A stretch of 64,000 bases of DNA from Xylographa opegraphella (GCA_022813865.1 JALDZX010000016.1:310001-374000), one strand, 5' to 3'. Counted from the stretch's first letter, positions 12,401-30,000 are shown. Made by a program: numbers and translations. The notes: generated by a model not told the origin, from the sequence alone.

Positions 12401-13516
12401 GATGCGCTCCCGCACATTCAGTCCATCGGGTCCCCATTATTCTCTAGGTAAGGTACGCAGTACTAATCTCCTCGCTCCGACTGAGATCTTATTCGCTTTA
12501 TCGGAGTTCGCGCGCGAACGGATTGGAGAGAGGGAGAGAGGGCGAGAGAGTCCCGGACGTGTATGTATGTGTATGTGACCATACATACATAGTCCCTACC
12601 CCCCATGGCCTACCTATTTATTTTCACCTTCCTCTCGTATTCCCCGGTTAGATACGTACCCAGTTCCTCCCATCCCGTTCCGTGCTATCCCATAAAGTAC
12701 TCGACACCTCCTTTCCCCGCCGCCGTGCTTACGTTACCTCTATTGCTTGCCCGCTCGCCCGCCCGTTTTCCCATGCTGGAACCTAAGTACCTTACTTCAC
12801 GCCAGCGCGATCGATTCGATCGGCTCGATCGAGTGGGTGGGTGCGGTACCTACATCCTACCTACCTAACCTATATCGTACCTTTGTCTAGCAGTACATAA
12901 AAATCTAACCCTATCATGGCCCCAGTACCTAGTCAAAACCCACCCCTTCCCTCTCGACGCACCAGTCAGTCAGTCAACCAGCTGAAATCCTCCCCACCCC
13001 AAAACCCGGGCTTTTAACAGCGCTGTTTCGGCAATCTGTGTGCGACCCGACGTCGGCTGTAGGGATCGGCGCGTTTGTGTAAGGTACCTACCTACCTACG
13101 TCCCTGTGATGTATGCTGTATACTGTATGCTGGAAAGTGGGTGGGGCGGCGCATAGATAAGGCGGCGCAGAACAATGTAATTGTAATGTAATGTAAGATG
13201 TGAGATACACCACTGAAGCAGGTATGCTCGGACGCGTGTACGGGGTAAGCAACCTACCCACCCACCCACAAGGACCGTTCCCCGTAGCCGGGTTCCCAGC
13301 TCGAACTACCTTACCCACAGTGATTGATTCGACCCGTTCGCTCCGCGACTGGATGGTGGAGGTCGATTCTATTGCATCCTCTCTAAGGTTTTCTCTCTAG
13401 ATACCTGTCTGCGTGGTAGATAGATCCCGTGCGCTGTGCTGCGCACTCCGTCGATGAGAAACATCCCAGCCACCAAAAACCGTTACAGATCGATCGCCCA
13501 TCCCATCGATCTGTGC

Positions 13517-13541
13517 CACCACCACCACCACCACCACCACC
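13517..13541. repeat. (CCA)8 microsatellite
   Basis: Read directly. Confidence 0.9.
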
Positions 13542-15325
13542 GACCGGCGAGGGAAGGGCAGCATTCGCGTATCTGGGTCGCGAGGCGCGATGTGGGGCCC
13601 GGTGGGGAAGGGGTAGCGGGGCTAGGGCCGATTTGGGGGGGGAGCTCCGTGCGCTAGGGGGGGAGGTAGGGGCCGGTGGGCTAGGGGGGGATGAGCTGCG
13701 CCTGCGCCTGTGGATGGTGGATAATGAATAGATTGTTTACGGTGCGGGAGGGCGGAGGGGCCGGGATGGGGATAGAGAGAGGCATGGTGATGGACCTGCT
13801 GAGAACCGATAGAACAGTAAACGCACAAATGGACGGAAAACGGCATGGGACCGTACTACTCGACGCGAATTCGCCCTCGCTGGCGCATCGCATCGAAGCG
13901 GGTGGCGAAGGCGGAGAGTGGGCGAGCGCGCTCAGCGGACGGATTCGACCCCGACGCCGGGGCCGTCTACGGAATTGACCGTCCGGTAAGGAGGGACAAG
14001 GGAAAGCGGGCGGAAGCGGGTGCGATGGGGCTGTGCTGACGTGACGGCGGTTGGGGATCGGAAACAGCGACGGCTGCGATGCATGCTGGGTTATGGGCGG
14101 GTGGGTGATGTGAATACACAGGGAAGGAGGGCGGTGCTTTTCGTTTTATATTCCCTATTTGTGACCTTTCTTTCGCGCTGGCTAGGTAGCTACATACCTA
14201 CCTACCTACGTATATTACAACTCGCTCTCCGAAAACCCTGTCTCGAAGGGCCCGGTGCGGGGATTAAACTCAGTAAAGCGCTCCGCCATGTGCCGTGAGC
14301 TATTCGATAGCGCCCTGCGTGGATGGCGGGCGGGCGGGTTATGGCCTCCCTGTAACCTACCCTGGACGCATTCACTGGATGGGGAAGGGGAGAGGAGAGC
14401 TCGGTTGGGCAAGCTGGACGCGCGAGGGGGAATGGATGAATGGATGAACGGATGTGCGAACGGAATGAATGGCTGGGATGAGAAAGAGGGAGCTGGAGGA
14501 GCTGGACAAGTGCTGGGTGGTAAGCAGGGAGTTATTGGTTGCAAGAAGAGATGGGAGGAAGGAGCGGCGGGGGTGGGAGGCGATGGGTGTAGAGGAGTGA
14601 CGAGATTGGCGGAGAGCGGATGGGCGAGCTGGGTGGCTTGGGGGTTTGGAGAGATGGGTTTGCGGGGAGATGGGCGAACGGAGGAGAAGGGGAAGTGTGC
14701 AAGGTACGAGCAATCAATGGAGACGAGGAGTGTGGGGGGAGGAGAGATACAAAACAAGACGAAGAAACAGGACGAGAGCACGAAACACCACCGAAGAGGA
14801 AGAATCCACAAACCGAATCGAAGGAGAACACCAAACGAGTGCAAAGCACAAACCGCGCACAAGATCCCCAACAAGACATCAAAACACATCACGAAAGCGA
14901 GCAGCCACAGTCACTCACTGATCGGAGCACATCCTCCATTTCTAAACCAAGGCCGTGAGCCAACCAAACCTCCATCTATCGCAGTCATTATCCACCACTT
15001 AACAACCCAGATCCCGCCCCCAGGCGGTAATCTTGTCTCGCGCCTCTCCCTCGCCCATCCAGATAATCACTCACAATGTCCCCAGCAAAGCGAGCACTTC
15101 GCAATGCCTGACAACCCGCGCCATGTCCTTCGGAAGATGGACCCAAAGGCCTGCTATCCTTCGTCCCACAAACTCCCTGCCCGAAACATCCTTCCGTATC
15201 CCGGCCGGCTCGGAAGCCATATGACCGCCGAAAGACCGTCCCAATGCCGCTTGTTCTCGCTGCACGAAAGAGATCCTCCGCAGTAAAATGCAATGTCCAC
15301 TCGCCATCTCACATCGTCCTCACAA

Positions 15326-18300
15326 TTACAACCAAATGTCGCCACCTTCGCCCGCCACCCAACGTCTCCACGCTTCCTCATACGCATCTTCGAGATCGCG
15401 CACCCATCGCCTCGTGTCGAAGAGTGCGCTCGTCCACCGCGCTTCGTAGAGTATCTTTCTCAGTTCCGTAAGCCGGCAGGATAAACTTCCCCGTCGCTCT
15501 CGCTTTTGCAACGCAGCCGCCAATCCGCTTCCCAACTCTACAGCTCTGGTCTCATACTCCTCATCACTCGAGACCACGAGCTCTGCGGCTGCCTTTTCAC
15601 CTTCTGCGTTCTTGGGCAATGCCCCCTTGAGAATGGACGCGGCCATCCGCGAACACATCTTGTACTCGTACCGCGGAAACGTCAGAAGAGGGGTCCCGGA
15701 CCAGAGCACATCTGCAGCTGTGGTATGGGCATTGCACTCCGGTGTATCAAGGAACAAATCACAGACGCGTGCGCGAGATATGTGCTGATGTTTGGGCGCC
15801 ACATCGGTGAAGATGACGCGGGATGCAACTTCTGCACCGGCCCAGAGTAAAGCTGTCTGCCGTAGATTGGATTCGCCGAGATCGGGAAACCGGAGCAACC
15901 ACAAGATAGACTTGGGAATACGGGATAAAATGCGGAGCCAAGTCCTGAAGGTCGTTGGCTCAATCTGGGTGATTGATTAGTCATGAAAGCTTCAGGCAAG
16001 AGGGAAAACGGGGGTGTTGCCTTGTAAAGCTGATTGAAGTTTCCCAAGATGACGGTGTCATCTGGAAGTTCAGGGAACAGCTCCTTTCGCATCCTCCACC
16101 GCCGCCGCTGCTCCTCCGGCCAGCTAAGTTGCCCTTCTTGGGAATCTGGAGCACTCTGCCTGTGGTCGCAACAGAAGAATGTATCTCGTGTGTAGATAAT
16201 GTTCTCGCCGTAGACCCAATGCTCATGCTCATCGCTGTTGTTTTCGTCCTTGGTTTGATCCGTCACATCAACATTATTTCTCCATGGTCTCAGAGTTTGA
16301 GGCGGTATTGCGGTGGTGTCGGCAAGTAAGTAGTCGCACCATTCTGCACCCAATGTACCTGCAAATCCCATGAAAGACATCTGAATCGGTGCCGGGCGAG
16401 CTGCGAAGACTTCGTTGCGAGCACCACGGGTATACCCGTTAAGATTGATCAGAATATGAATCCCATCATCAAGGATTTGCTTCACCAGACGATCTATAGA
16501 CCACGTAGCAGCATCATAAAACGCAGGCGCTTCACGTTCGATCTGTTCGCGGTGGACTGAACTGTCGCTTGCTGTCGTGGCGTAGCAAACTGCCTTTACA
16601 CGAGCAGGATCGTGAAAGCCAAAGACGGACTGCATCAGGTGCGCCAAAGGGTGATTATTGAAGTCCGAGGACACATAGCCTACGTTGAGGTACTTGTTCG
16701 GTGGTGCTGGAGGATCGAATATCTTCTTCGGAAGCCATGGGGATCGAAGAGTTGAGCAAGATATTCGAAGTCCATTGCGCTGCGAAATCTTCCGAATTTG
16801 TTTCGCTGTAAGCGGACAAGTGAACGTATGAAATGGGAGGACAGTAGGAGCGCTCGGAATTGCCAGTGTCGATGGTAGTTGAGGGCGTGCGTAGCTCACC
16901 GATGAGCATGCCCTTGTCTTGACATATCTGTCCTGATAGAGCTGCCAACTAAGTCTCTTCGTCGCTCGTTCGACAAGTCGCACAACCTTTGCCCCTTCCC
17001 AGCTTGAACCGACCCAACTTGACAAAGCGGTCACCAGAGCGTGAGAATCACGCCGATCTTGCTTTTCAGAGTCACCATTGACAAGGCATTGGTTCATCAA
17101 TTTCTCCATGTCGATACTCTTGAGAATACCAGTACCCCAAGAGTTTCCGTCGCTCAATTGTTTATCCACAATAGCAACCACCCGCGCAATCCACCCGGTA
17201 CTATTGGTGTACGGAAGTTTGGCATCCAACAGCATGCCTTGTTCATCGACGTGCCAGCGATCCCTCTTACTGTTGCCAAAGTACATACCACCACGGCCCT
17301 GCCAGCTGCAGACGGAGTTAAGTGCATTGGCTAAGCCGCAAACGGCCTCCGCAAAGTCCGGGTTGGCATTTACCGCACGCTTGTAATACCCAATTGCATC
17401 ACTGACACGTCCTTGGTCTTTGACAGCATTTGCCAAATTGGCCAATGCAATATCGAAGTTCCCATCGCACGCAACAGCTTGCTCGTACATCTTAATCGCT
17501 GCGCCCAGCTGCCCAAGATCCTTGAGGAGACTCCCCAGATTCGTGTAAAGGTGAGCATGTCGTGAGTCGAGATTGAGTCCAAAGTTATAATATGCCAAGG
17601 CTAAACCGATACCGCTGCCAGGCAGGACGCCAGGAATTTTTGGGATCTGAGGAGGATTCAATCGGGCAAGAAATTTTGATGGGGCCGTTTGTTGGATACT
17701 GGCAAGCAGAATGCCTACGTTGTTGGCCGTCGAAGGGCTTGGCTGTAGGGAGAGGGACAAATAATACAATGCCAAGATATCATGAACCCCCGAGGCAGCT
17801 TCTGGACAACCAGTGGAAGCGCCAGTCGATGACATGCCATCCTGGTATATCTTCGCAAGAGAAAGTAGAGAGTTGCTCGTTGTGGATATAGCCGCTCTTT
17901 TGGCCTGTCCTTCGGGAACGGCTCGAAGTCCAGGAAGCTCTCCATGATGAGGAAACACCGATTTCGCCGTATTCAAAGCCATTTCTGGCAACAAAAGCAC
18001 CGAGTCGTAATTCCCAGGTTCTTCGTGTACGTCCTTGAGCGCAAATATTTCTCGTTCGAAAACCTTCAGTATCTGCTTGATCAAGCCACCGATACCTTCT
18101 GGTCTACCACCAGCACCAATCATAATAGCATCTTCAAATGCTTTGGCTGCTCCGGTATTGTTCCCTAGAGCATAGAGCATATTTCCCTTTGCATGTATTA
18201 ATGCGATCATCCTTCCGTTATCGACTTCCGGAATGCGATAACCACTGGAATGATGAGCAACAGAAGGTGTTGCCGAGACTGAGACACCACAAGCTAGGTT

Positions 18301-20473
18301 GCCGGAGACACTGGGATTACCTTGGAAATCTTCCGTACGATGTGACCATTGTGCATCTCCAGCTGAATCCGTGATTCGCAACGCATTCTCGACAAACTCT
18401 ATGATTTTGACGGCCTCTCTTCCTCGTTGGTCTCCGCATAACAGTCCCACTAGATGCTCTACCGCTTCGAAGTAGCTTGGCCGTAGCTTGACCGATCGAA
18501 TCCAGTGCTGTTCAGCCTCCTTCCTCCGGTTGAGGGATAAGAGCGTGGCTGCCATGTTGGATATGGCCTCCACATTACTATCACGGTCAGTCTCGGTAGA
18601 CATATAGTCTTATGGATAGCATAACCTACTTTACGTCGACTGTCAGTACTTGGCGATACCAATGCAATGCTTTGTCGTAATCTCCCATGCCATAGGCTAG
18701 ACATCCCCCTAATAGCATGCCGTCGATCCATTTCCATCCACTTTCACGAGACAGTCGGGCAAGCATATCAAGCGCATCTTTTGCGAGAGTCGTTGGCTGA
18801 TGCGGATCCGACTCGGTGGAAAAGCTAGGTACCGCAAAGCCTGGGGATTGGTGGCCCTTGGAATAGTGAGAGAAAGACGCAGCTTGGGGATTCCGTGGTA
18901 CTCGTGAAGATCTTATGTGATGCTCGGTATGTCCATTGTTCATCTTTGCATAAGGCCATTGAAAATCACCGCTGTCAGGTAACCTAGATTTTGTCTTGAC
19001 TTGCAGTAAGCTAGGTTCCTTGGGTTCGGGACCAGCATTGATGTTCTCCTGACCACTGTCGGAGAATTCAAGAAATTCGCGAGTGCTGATTGTTCCAGTG
19101 CTCCGAGACATAGAACTCGAATTTTGTGGAGGTTTTGGAAAAAAGGTTGTCTGAGACAGTCGTCTTTCGTTGGGCTGGTGCTTGTTATGGCTATGCTTTC
19201 TTGCTTGATAGATAGACGCTAGCAAGTTTATATAAATACGATGAGCCCAAACAAGTACCTTCTCCTTGAATTGCAATTGGCCGGAGTGCTGGGAGCCATC
19301 GGGAGAAAGCGGTGAGAGGCTCTGAGTGGGCGCGTTGAGCGCAGAGAAATCCGAAGAGTTGTCAAACAGGGTCGGACGTCGCAAGGGTATGGATTCAACT
19401 CTGTAAGGCAATGCTTGCGATTGTTTATCATCAACTTTGAACTTCGAGGGGCTGGGAACTTGAGTTTGGAAACCACGTAAATCATGTAGAGGTCGAGCCG
19501 CGTCAAAGGCTCTATCTGGATGCGCTTTTATCGTCCACTGGCCGTGGCTAGCATTAGCTTGACGATGAGAACTGGGATTGGAGCTGCTCGACCAATTGGT
19601 ACGATGTTCTTGGCATGGTTGAGGGTCTGAAGGGTCAGATATACTGAAGTTGGCGAACTGAGTATGGAAGCGTTGATCACGGAGTGCAGCTGGACGGTAG
19701 GGCTCGAAGGAGCCGTTTGGCCAATACGGACCATAGGGACCAGGCGCGTTGGACGCCGTGAGACCGAGGCAAGGCGGCCACATTGGTTGTAACACCATTG
19801 GCACTTGCTGAAAGCCTTCCAAGTTGTAGGCTTGGTGTGGTAAGGGAGTCTGGTGGAGAACCGAGTCGAGGCTTGGCGTTGGTGGCCCATTCTGCCGCCA
19901 GTGATTTGTCCCGAATTCCCCATCCAAGGCTAATCCTAAGCCATATCTTTCCTGAGGTGATATCACCCCTTCTTTCCAACTTCGATTTGCCCGAACATCT
20001 CTCACTTGGGACCTCGACAAGAAAGTTGCGGTTGATGGCTCCGCAACGTCGGCGTATATAGATTCGCTTGTTCTTCTTGTATCCGATAGTGGCATCAAGA
20101 GGTGCTTGTGGGTATGAGGCTTCGTCGTCCATTCCACCGGTGTACCATCATAACCAGCGGGAAGGGTCCCGTTCGGCGTTTTCCTACGAAGCATGTGCTC
20201 GGAAGGGGCCACCCCAGATGACCGTGGATCGAGAAGTGATGGTGAACTGAGTGCAGAAGGTGGACTCCGTAGAGGATACGCGTACTGGGGAGTCTTCCGA
20301 AGAGCTCCATAGCGTAGCGCATCTTCCGATGCTCCATCCTGTCTGTTCTGTTCTGTGTTGTTGGAGGGTGGACCCGGCATCCAGGTGTGGGGCATCTCGT
20401 GATAAGAAGACGAGGGCATCGGGTACGGGAAACAGGACGTTGGCTGTTGATGGCGGGTCATGTGTGTAAACAT
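15326..20473 (-). CDS. O-GlcNAc transferase (GT41, TPR repeats) with a long low-complexity N-terminus; 3 exons
   Basis: TPRs (HLYTNLGSLLKDLGQ, ALANLANAVKDQG), VGYVSSDFNNHPLAHLMQSV, NLNGYTRGARNEVFAARPAPIQ, NFNQLYK/IEP, DLFLDTPECNAHTTAADVLWSGTP. Introns 18629-18578 (GT-AG) and 16020-15965 (GC-AG). Confidence 0.93.
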
Positions 20474-20946
20474 CTTTGCGTGCTGCCACTAAGGCGTGGT
20501 CTCTTGAAGCCGAGATTGATAGCAGGCTATGAGGTCGATCATCAGTCCACAGATAAGCGAATCGTGTTGAGAAAAGCAATTACTGCAGCAGAGACGTGGC
20601 GGGTGAGGTTTCATCGAGAATGGCGTGTTCCAACACCTTTGCGAGTTCTGAGGAGCAGATGCACGCCTGACATTTCTCCTGCGCAACTGAGAACTCAATC
20701 AAGTGAAATTTCGAGATCGCGGGATGAAGAGGTGCGAAATGGTGCGCTGGTCCGCTAGTCCGCTAGATTGCCCTGGAAGCGACGGGATGGAGCAGTGATC
20801 ACCCAGTCACGGCGAGCAGGTGAACGGATTGAGAAGGGCGGTAGGATGCAGCAGAGCGGGGGGGGAGTGATGGGGAGAATTCGATGTCGAAGAAGGCAAT
20901 GGTCATGCACAGGTGTTGTTGAAGCACCTCAAGAATAATACCTCAC

Positions 20947-20981
20947 GGTAAGGTAGGTGAAGGTAAGGTAAGGTAGGTAGG
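20947..20981. repeat. (AGGT/AAGGT)n short repeat in the OGT upstream region
   Basis: ggtaaggtaggtgaaggtaaggtaaggtaggtagg. Confidence 0.8.
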
Positions 20982-21651
20982 CTGACGTCCGAACTTTTTG
21001 AGGCTGGCGCCCACTAGTGACGATGTGAAGGGGGTTTTCTGTGGTAGCAGGACGGATGCTAGTGAGATAGGGCATGCAGCTACGCACTCTGGCACTGCAG
21101 GCTTTCAGCTCGGAGGCAACACCGTCGCTCTAGCCGCCGACCCGCTCACTCGGACGTCTGGGTAGCCGGAGACAAACAAACTCGAGAACGCGGCGAACAA
21201 ATGACTCGGCAATCAGCAACAGGAGGGATGCGCAGAATGGAGAAACGAAAAGAAGGAAGAAAAGGAAAACGGAGGGACGAGGACGAGGACGAGGGACGAT
21301 GCCGGAATGCAGAGGCGTCGAACACGGAAACGATGCCAGTTGCGGCGGCGATGGGCTGCTAGTGATGCTATTGGGCGCATGGGCTTGTCGTTGGCGTTGC
21401 GCGGGCTGGCAGCCTTAAGATTAATGTGTGCTGGGCAGGGATGTTTTGCAGGCAGGAGGAAGAGCCGTTGAACCAGCTGTCAGCGACTCAGCGGCGAGAC
21501 CTCCCTCGGCCTCGAATCACATCCCTCTCTCGCCACCCTCTCCAGCTTCACGCGAGCAAAAGAGCCAACGGAGGATCCGGTGGAATGGGCATGAATACTA
21601 AGGTAATGGTTCTCTAGAGCAATTGACCCGACTACTCTTTCACCTTGCTCT

Positions 21652-21705
21652 GCTTCGTGCTCCCTGCTTCGTGCTTCGTGATTCGTGCTTCGTGCTTCGT
21701 GTTCC
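21652..21705. repeat. (GCTTCGT)n 7-mer tandem repeat, about 8 degenerate units
   Basis: gcttcgtgctccctgcttcgtgcttcgtgattcgtgcttcgtgcttcgtgttccc. Confidence 0.8.
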
Positions 21706-22581
21706 CGTACCCGGCATTGTTCAGGATGATCCTTTCTGGATGCAGCCGTCACGCTGCTCGATGGTCTTGGGATCGACACGGCAGCTTGCGCCATAGTTAG
21801 TGCAAACTGCATCTGTCTGATCGACGACGTTTGCTGTTTCCGAACCTGATTCACCGGCCCTGAAACCACTGCAATGCACCGATCTTGCGCTGCAGCATCT
21901 ATGTGTAATCGTCCACGCTGCCGACATGCAGTGACCTCTTTTATCTGCCTACCTTGCCTGGCACCCAATGTACTCAGCCACATGCACTGCATGTCCTTCC
22001 ACCACCCTGCGTCGCCATGCAGGAACGTCCGAATTCCTCCTCCGTCCTACTCTGGCATGCACGACGGTGTTACAAAGAGGTGCACAGCATCAGGATATGG
22101 TCATGTGCCTGTGAGCGATTGCTGCACTCCGACTACCAAAATACGAAGTCGGCTTGACCTTGTGTTCATACCAATTCTCATTTCGGGTGAAACGAGAATC
22201 TCCCACAGTATCAAGCAGCATGGGCATGACTTCACTCGGAACACAGACGAAGTGGGCAACGATGTTGTGGAATGATGAGATTTAGACCCAAAAGATGGAC
22301 CCCCACATCCACTCCAGAGGAAGAAGATGTCGCGGTGAGTAGTGGGACTTCCAAAAAGATATCATCTTCTTTGCACCAAAATAGGCCCAAACCATTGATC
22401 AATGCCAATCCACAAGGGAAAGCGGTAGGGGCCAGAGTGTTGGCAAAGTGGAGCAAGACACCACTGGGGTTTTCACGTTCTCACGTAGATCGGATTTGGG
22501 CTGACTTCATATGATCCCATGAATTGCATTAGTATGCTATGCAATGCGTGCCATGTTCCCATACGATTGCAAAAATAGACT

Positions 22582-23364
<783 letters not shown>

Positions 23365-23686
23365 GATGATCGAGATTTCAGGATGCTGGGTTGATGTCTT
23401 TCGAAGAATCTATGCGTCCGCAGTTCTGGAACGCAAATATTGTAAGTGTGGGCGCTAGTGATAACTAGCTTTGTTACAGTTTACGCGGGCGCAACCTCTA
23501 TCTTACTAAGCTACCTTACCCTACATCGAAATCTATAGTAGTCGTTACGAGCTCAGCGTGAGTTCGGCATCGCGTCTGTCTGATTGTTACATTTCTTACT
23601 CTCATTGCTATCAAGACTATCAATATCATAACCACCGCCTTCACATGTTCTTCTTTTAGGAGAGTATCCTTACTCAAAATAAGATT

Positions 23687-26419
<2,733 letters not shown>

Positions 26420-27096
26420 CCCTGCTTATTGCCAGCTCTCCAACCAGTGCAGCTGCTTGCGTCCTTATGGGACTGACGTCTCCTAGCTTCACACGCAAAG
26501 GAAGGAAGAGTATGAAGTAGTCATGTAATTTCAATTCGCCCTTTGGTGTCAGTGACTCGGTGGCAGAAAGAAAATAGGTAGGATCAAGCCAACCGGCCAC
26601 ATATCTGCCTAGTATCGATTAGGTAAGGTGGACTTTCCTTAACTTTATGTCAAAATTCGTTACTCACGACTTCGTTTCTTCTACATCTACATTAGACGCC
26701 GGTAAACTCACATTACTGATGACAATCCTGAAGCTTCCCGTATCTTGATTGCTTTCGCGCTGAGCGTATATTTAGACTACCCATGGCTGGGCGCCTGACT
26801 TCGAAGGGTCGTTTCGATCCTCAGGAGAGGTTGGGAATCAGCAGAGGTTACATGTCCTTTTCATACTATCCGACAACCTGATACCTCCGTCTATAAAGCC
26901 GTACTGGTTGACTTTAAAGAGCTTGACAACGCTTTGATGGTGGTTCGATGTTTCCACCTATATCTATACCTTCTGTCATCTCAGCCTGTTGATAGCTGGT
27001 TTCAATCATTCTTAAATACAGACCTTCTTAGTAGGCTTAACATTGCAGAGTCCATTATCTAGGGGGTCACGTTGAATCTCTTGTACTACTCAATTC

Positions 27097-30000
27097 CTAT
27101 ATTACAAGCCATCTCGCAGTAAGTTTTTGTGCTAATTCAACCTCTCCACTTGCTGCCCAGTGTAATTGCAATGCGAATGCAGCTTCCACGGAATAGTCCT
27201 CAGCTGGCCCCAGTCCACCATCTCGTTGGACCTCCCTACTCATATTCAAGCATCGCTCGTAATAAGGAATTGCCAGATGAGTAAGTCCTAGCATATGATA
27301 AGCTCGGCCGACATTGTATTCACTCTCCTGCCTCTCTATGGAAAATTCGGATCGCTTTCGCAGGTCGTAATACTTAAATAGGAATGAAAATCCTTGCATG
27401 ATCATATACTGTCTATTTCCCGATTGCCTTTTAATGGCGACGTGCAGATACCCCAGGGCTAAGGACAAAATTATCATGGGATTGCCCGGGTCCAGAGCAT
27501 ATGCTCTATAGAAGTAATCTAATAGAATTTATAGTTAGGATCATGATTTCCGGAACGTTGAACAGATAGATGATTCAAGAGCAAGGTTTATCTCACTTAG
27601 AGCGAATGTGTGACTTCCCCCTGTGAAGAGAATGTAGCCATATGCCATTAGCAAAGCAATATCCATTTCCTCAGCATGTATCGGATTGCCAGCTGCATCT
27701 TTAGTGCTATATGAAGCTCGCTCCTCGTAGAAATTTTTCCGGCGCTCTTCACTCATCAAAGAGAAGTCCACAGCTTTGACTTGGCGAAGAATGTACTTCT
27801 GCGTTGGACCGTTGTTATACCATACATTCTGTCTGTTGCAAAGTCTGTTCAGAATCGAAAATAAGCGGTAAGTGTCTGTTACGAATTGAAACTCCTTCAT
27901 AAAGTATCTGGCGACGCCGCAAAGAGTCTCGTCGTCATCTACAGCCAAAGCACATACTGCATATATAACCGATTAGCCCCAACAGAATTTCTTTTTTAGC
28001 TCTTTGGCTACTCACTAGACCACGTTACATGTATCAAAAACATCAATTCTTTCGAGTCGTGGAATACTTTTGCTTCTGTAGCAGAGATGATAGTTTCATA
28101 TGCTTGAATTTTGTCACCGCCTTTTGCGAGAACAACTGCATACTCAAGGAATATATCCAGCCATTGACCGAAGGAAACGTTACAGTATTCAACCGCTGTA
28201 TATTCAACTTCCTCTTGCACGTTATCTGTATAGTGTTCAGCAAATCTTTACTTCGCAAATTGGCTGTTGTAGGATGACCGACCCAGCAGTTGTTCTAGAC
28301 GACCTGTCACTGTTTCCATCTCTTCTCCATCGCGCAATTGTAGTTTCGTTGGGTAGCCACTATACTTGCGATGTTTCTCCACCCCTGCGGAATAGAAACT
28401 CTTTTTCTTTTTGAACTCATCAATCAGAGTCTTTGCAATACCCATCCATTCAACCCTTGCCTCGGACTCGCCATCTTCAATTTGTTGTTTCAAAATCATC
28501 AACTCACGATACAGGAGCTGGACCTTTTCGTTTAGCTCAGCCTCGCGTAGTCTCTTTAAGTTTCGTGGTCGAGTATCAGGCTTTCGTCCTGCCATAGGAT
28601 CAAGCATCGTCTGTTTACTTGCTGATGCGATCGGCTTATGTAACTTGGTAGAAGCATCCGCTCGGCTACGTGGTCGAGGCGCTCCTTTTTGTAAAGCTCG
28701 CGCACGCTTCAAAGCAATGATCCTTTCTACATATGGTTCAGCTCGATCGGGCATATCCGCGTTCTCAAACATCGTAGCCAGTTTGAGTAAAATTTCGACA
28801 TTGTCTTCATTGTTCTCCAAAACGATACGAAAAGATTCCTCGGCCTCATCATACAGTTCCAAGGCATGATAGCATGAGCCCATATTTTTGAAAAAGGATA
28901 TACTTATGTATTCCTCTAGTTGTTGCAAGGGCTCATAAAAGCGGAGTGCCTCATGCGGGAGTCCACAGAGACGTAGTGCTTCGGCGATATCGCCGAAGAG
29001 ATCTGGGTAATCATGAATCATACCTCCTGGTCCAGTATCCTTGGGAGCCAGCCATTCAAAATGTCTCTGAGAGATAAATCAGCACTGACCACCTCATCGG
29101 CTTATACACGCTTACTATCGCCTCTTCAAAATGCTCTTCCCCCAACTCTAGGCGTAACAGACCTAGTCTCGTACGTATCTCAAGCGGTAGACCATTGCCA
29201 TAAGAACCCAAGTCATGCCTATCACGATCAAATTCCGGTACTAGCAAGCGGCGAGGATCATCCGTGGCGTCAAATTCTCGATCATCATGAGTATAGTTGT
29301 CCCAAAATTCATCCTCTCCTCGATTAAGCAACCATCGGCATACGCTCTTGATCTTTGAGATGCCTTTTGCGATTTCTCCGGGCTCCGTCGAGTACATGAA
29401 TAACTCAGCATAGATGTTGAGATCGGACCAAGTGAAAGGTGTTACACTGGACTGTTGCAAGGATTGGAAATGAGCAATACTGGTTTCGTAGTAGTCCATA
29501 GCACGTGCGCCTTCTCCTATCTCGATATACACCTCCGCCAGGTTACGTAGTACAGTCGTATCGTGCGGTAACAGTCGGAGTAAACGAACATAGTCATATG
29601 CTGCTCGTCGCTCATTTCCGAATTCCCGATGTAGTGCTGCACGCTCATAACGTGCCTCAACATGACTTGAGTCTGATCCTATAACACGATTATAGCAGTA
29701 GATAGCATCCAGGTATGCAGAGGCCCTATCATCTCCCGCAATCTCCATAATCAGTTTTGCTACTTTAGACCAGAGCGCGGTGTCTCGAGGTCTCGTATGA
29801 GCACCATTAAATAACGCATGCGTCGCTCGACTTCTATCACCGCGAGCCATATGTATTTCCGACAAAAGAGAATAGGCGGTAAAGATCTCGGGGTTGCATT
29901 GAATAGCTTGTTTTGCAAGCTCTTCTGCTGCATCATAGTCCTTCTCAATGAAAGCCAGCGTCGCTTGGGAGTGTAGAGACTTAAACTCCGGGCTCGGTTC

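Noticed and set aside
14255..15286. 343-aa plus-strand ORF and overlapping ORFs
   Set aside because: Purine-rich low-complexity region 3' of OGT; no coding motifs.
26603..26775. Possible intron-hosted box C/D snoRNA (TGATGA...TGCTTTCGCG-CTGA) with about 10-nt complementarity to 18S
   Set aside because: Short guide, D box coincides with the would-be branch point, no terminal stem and no supported host gene.
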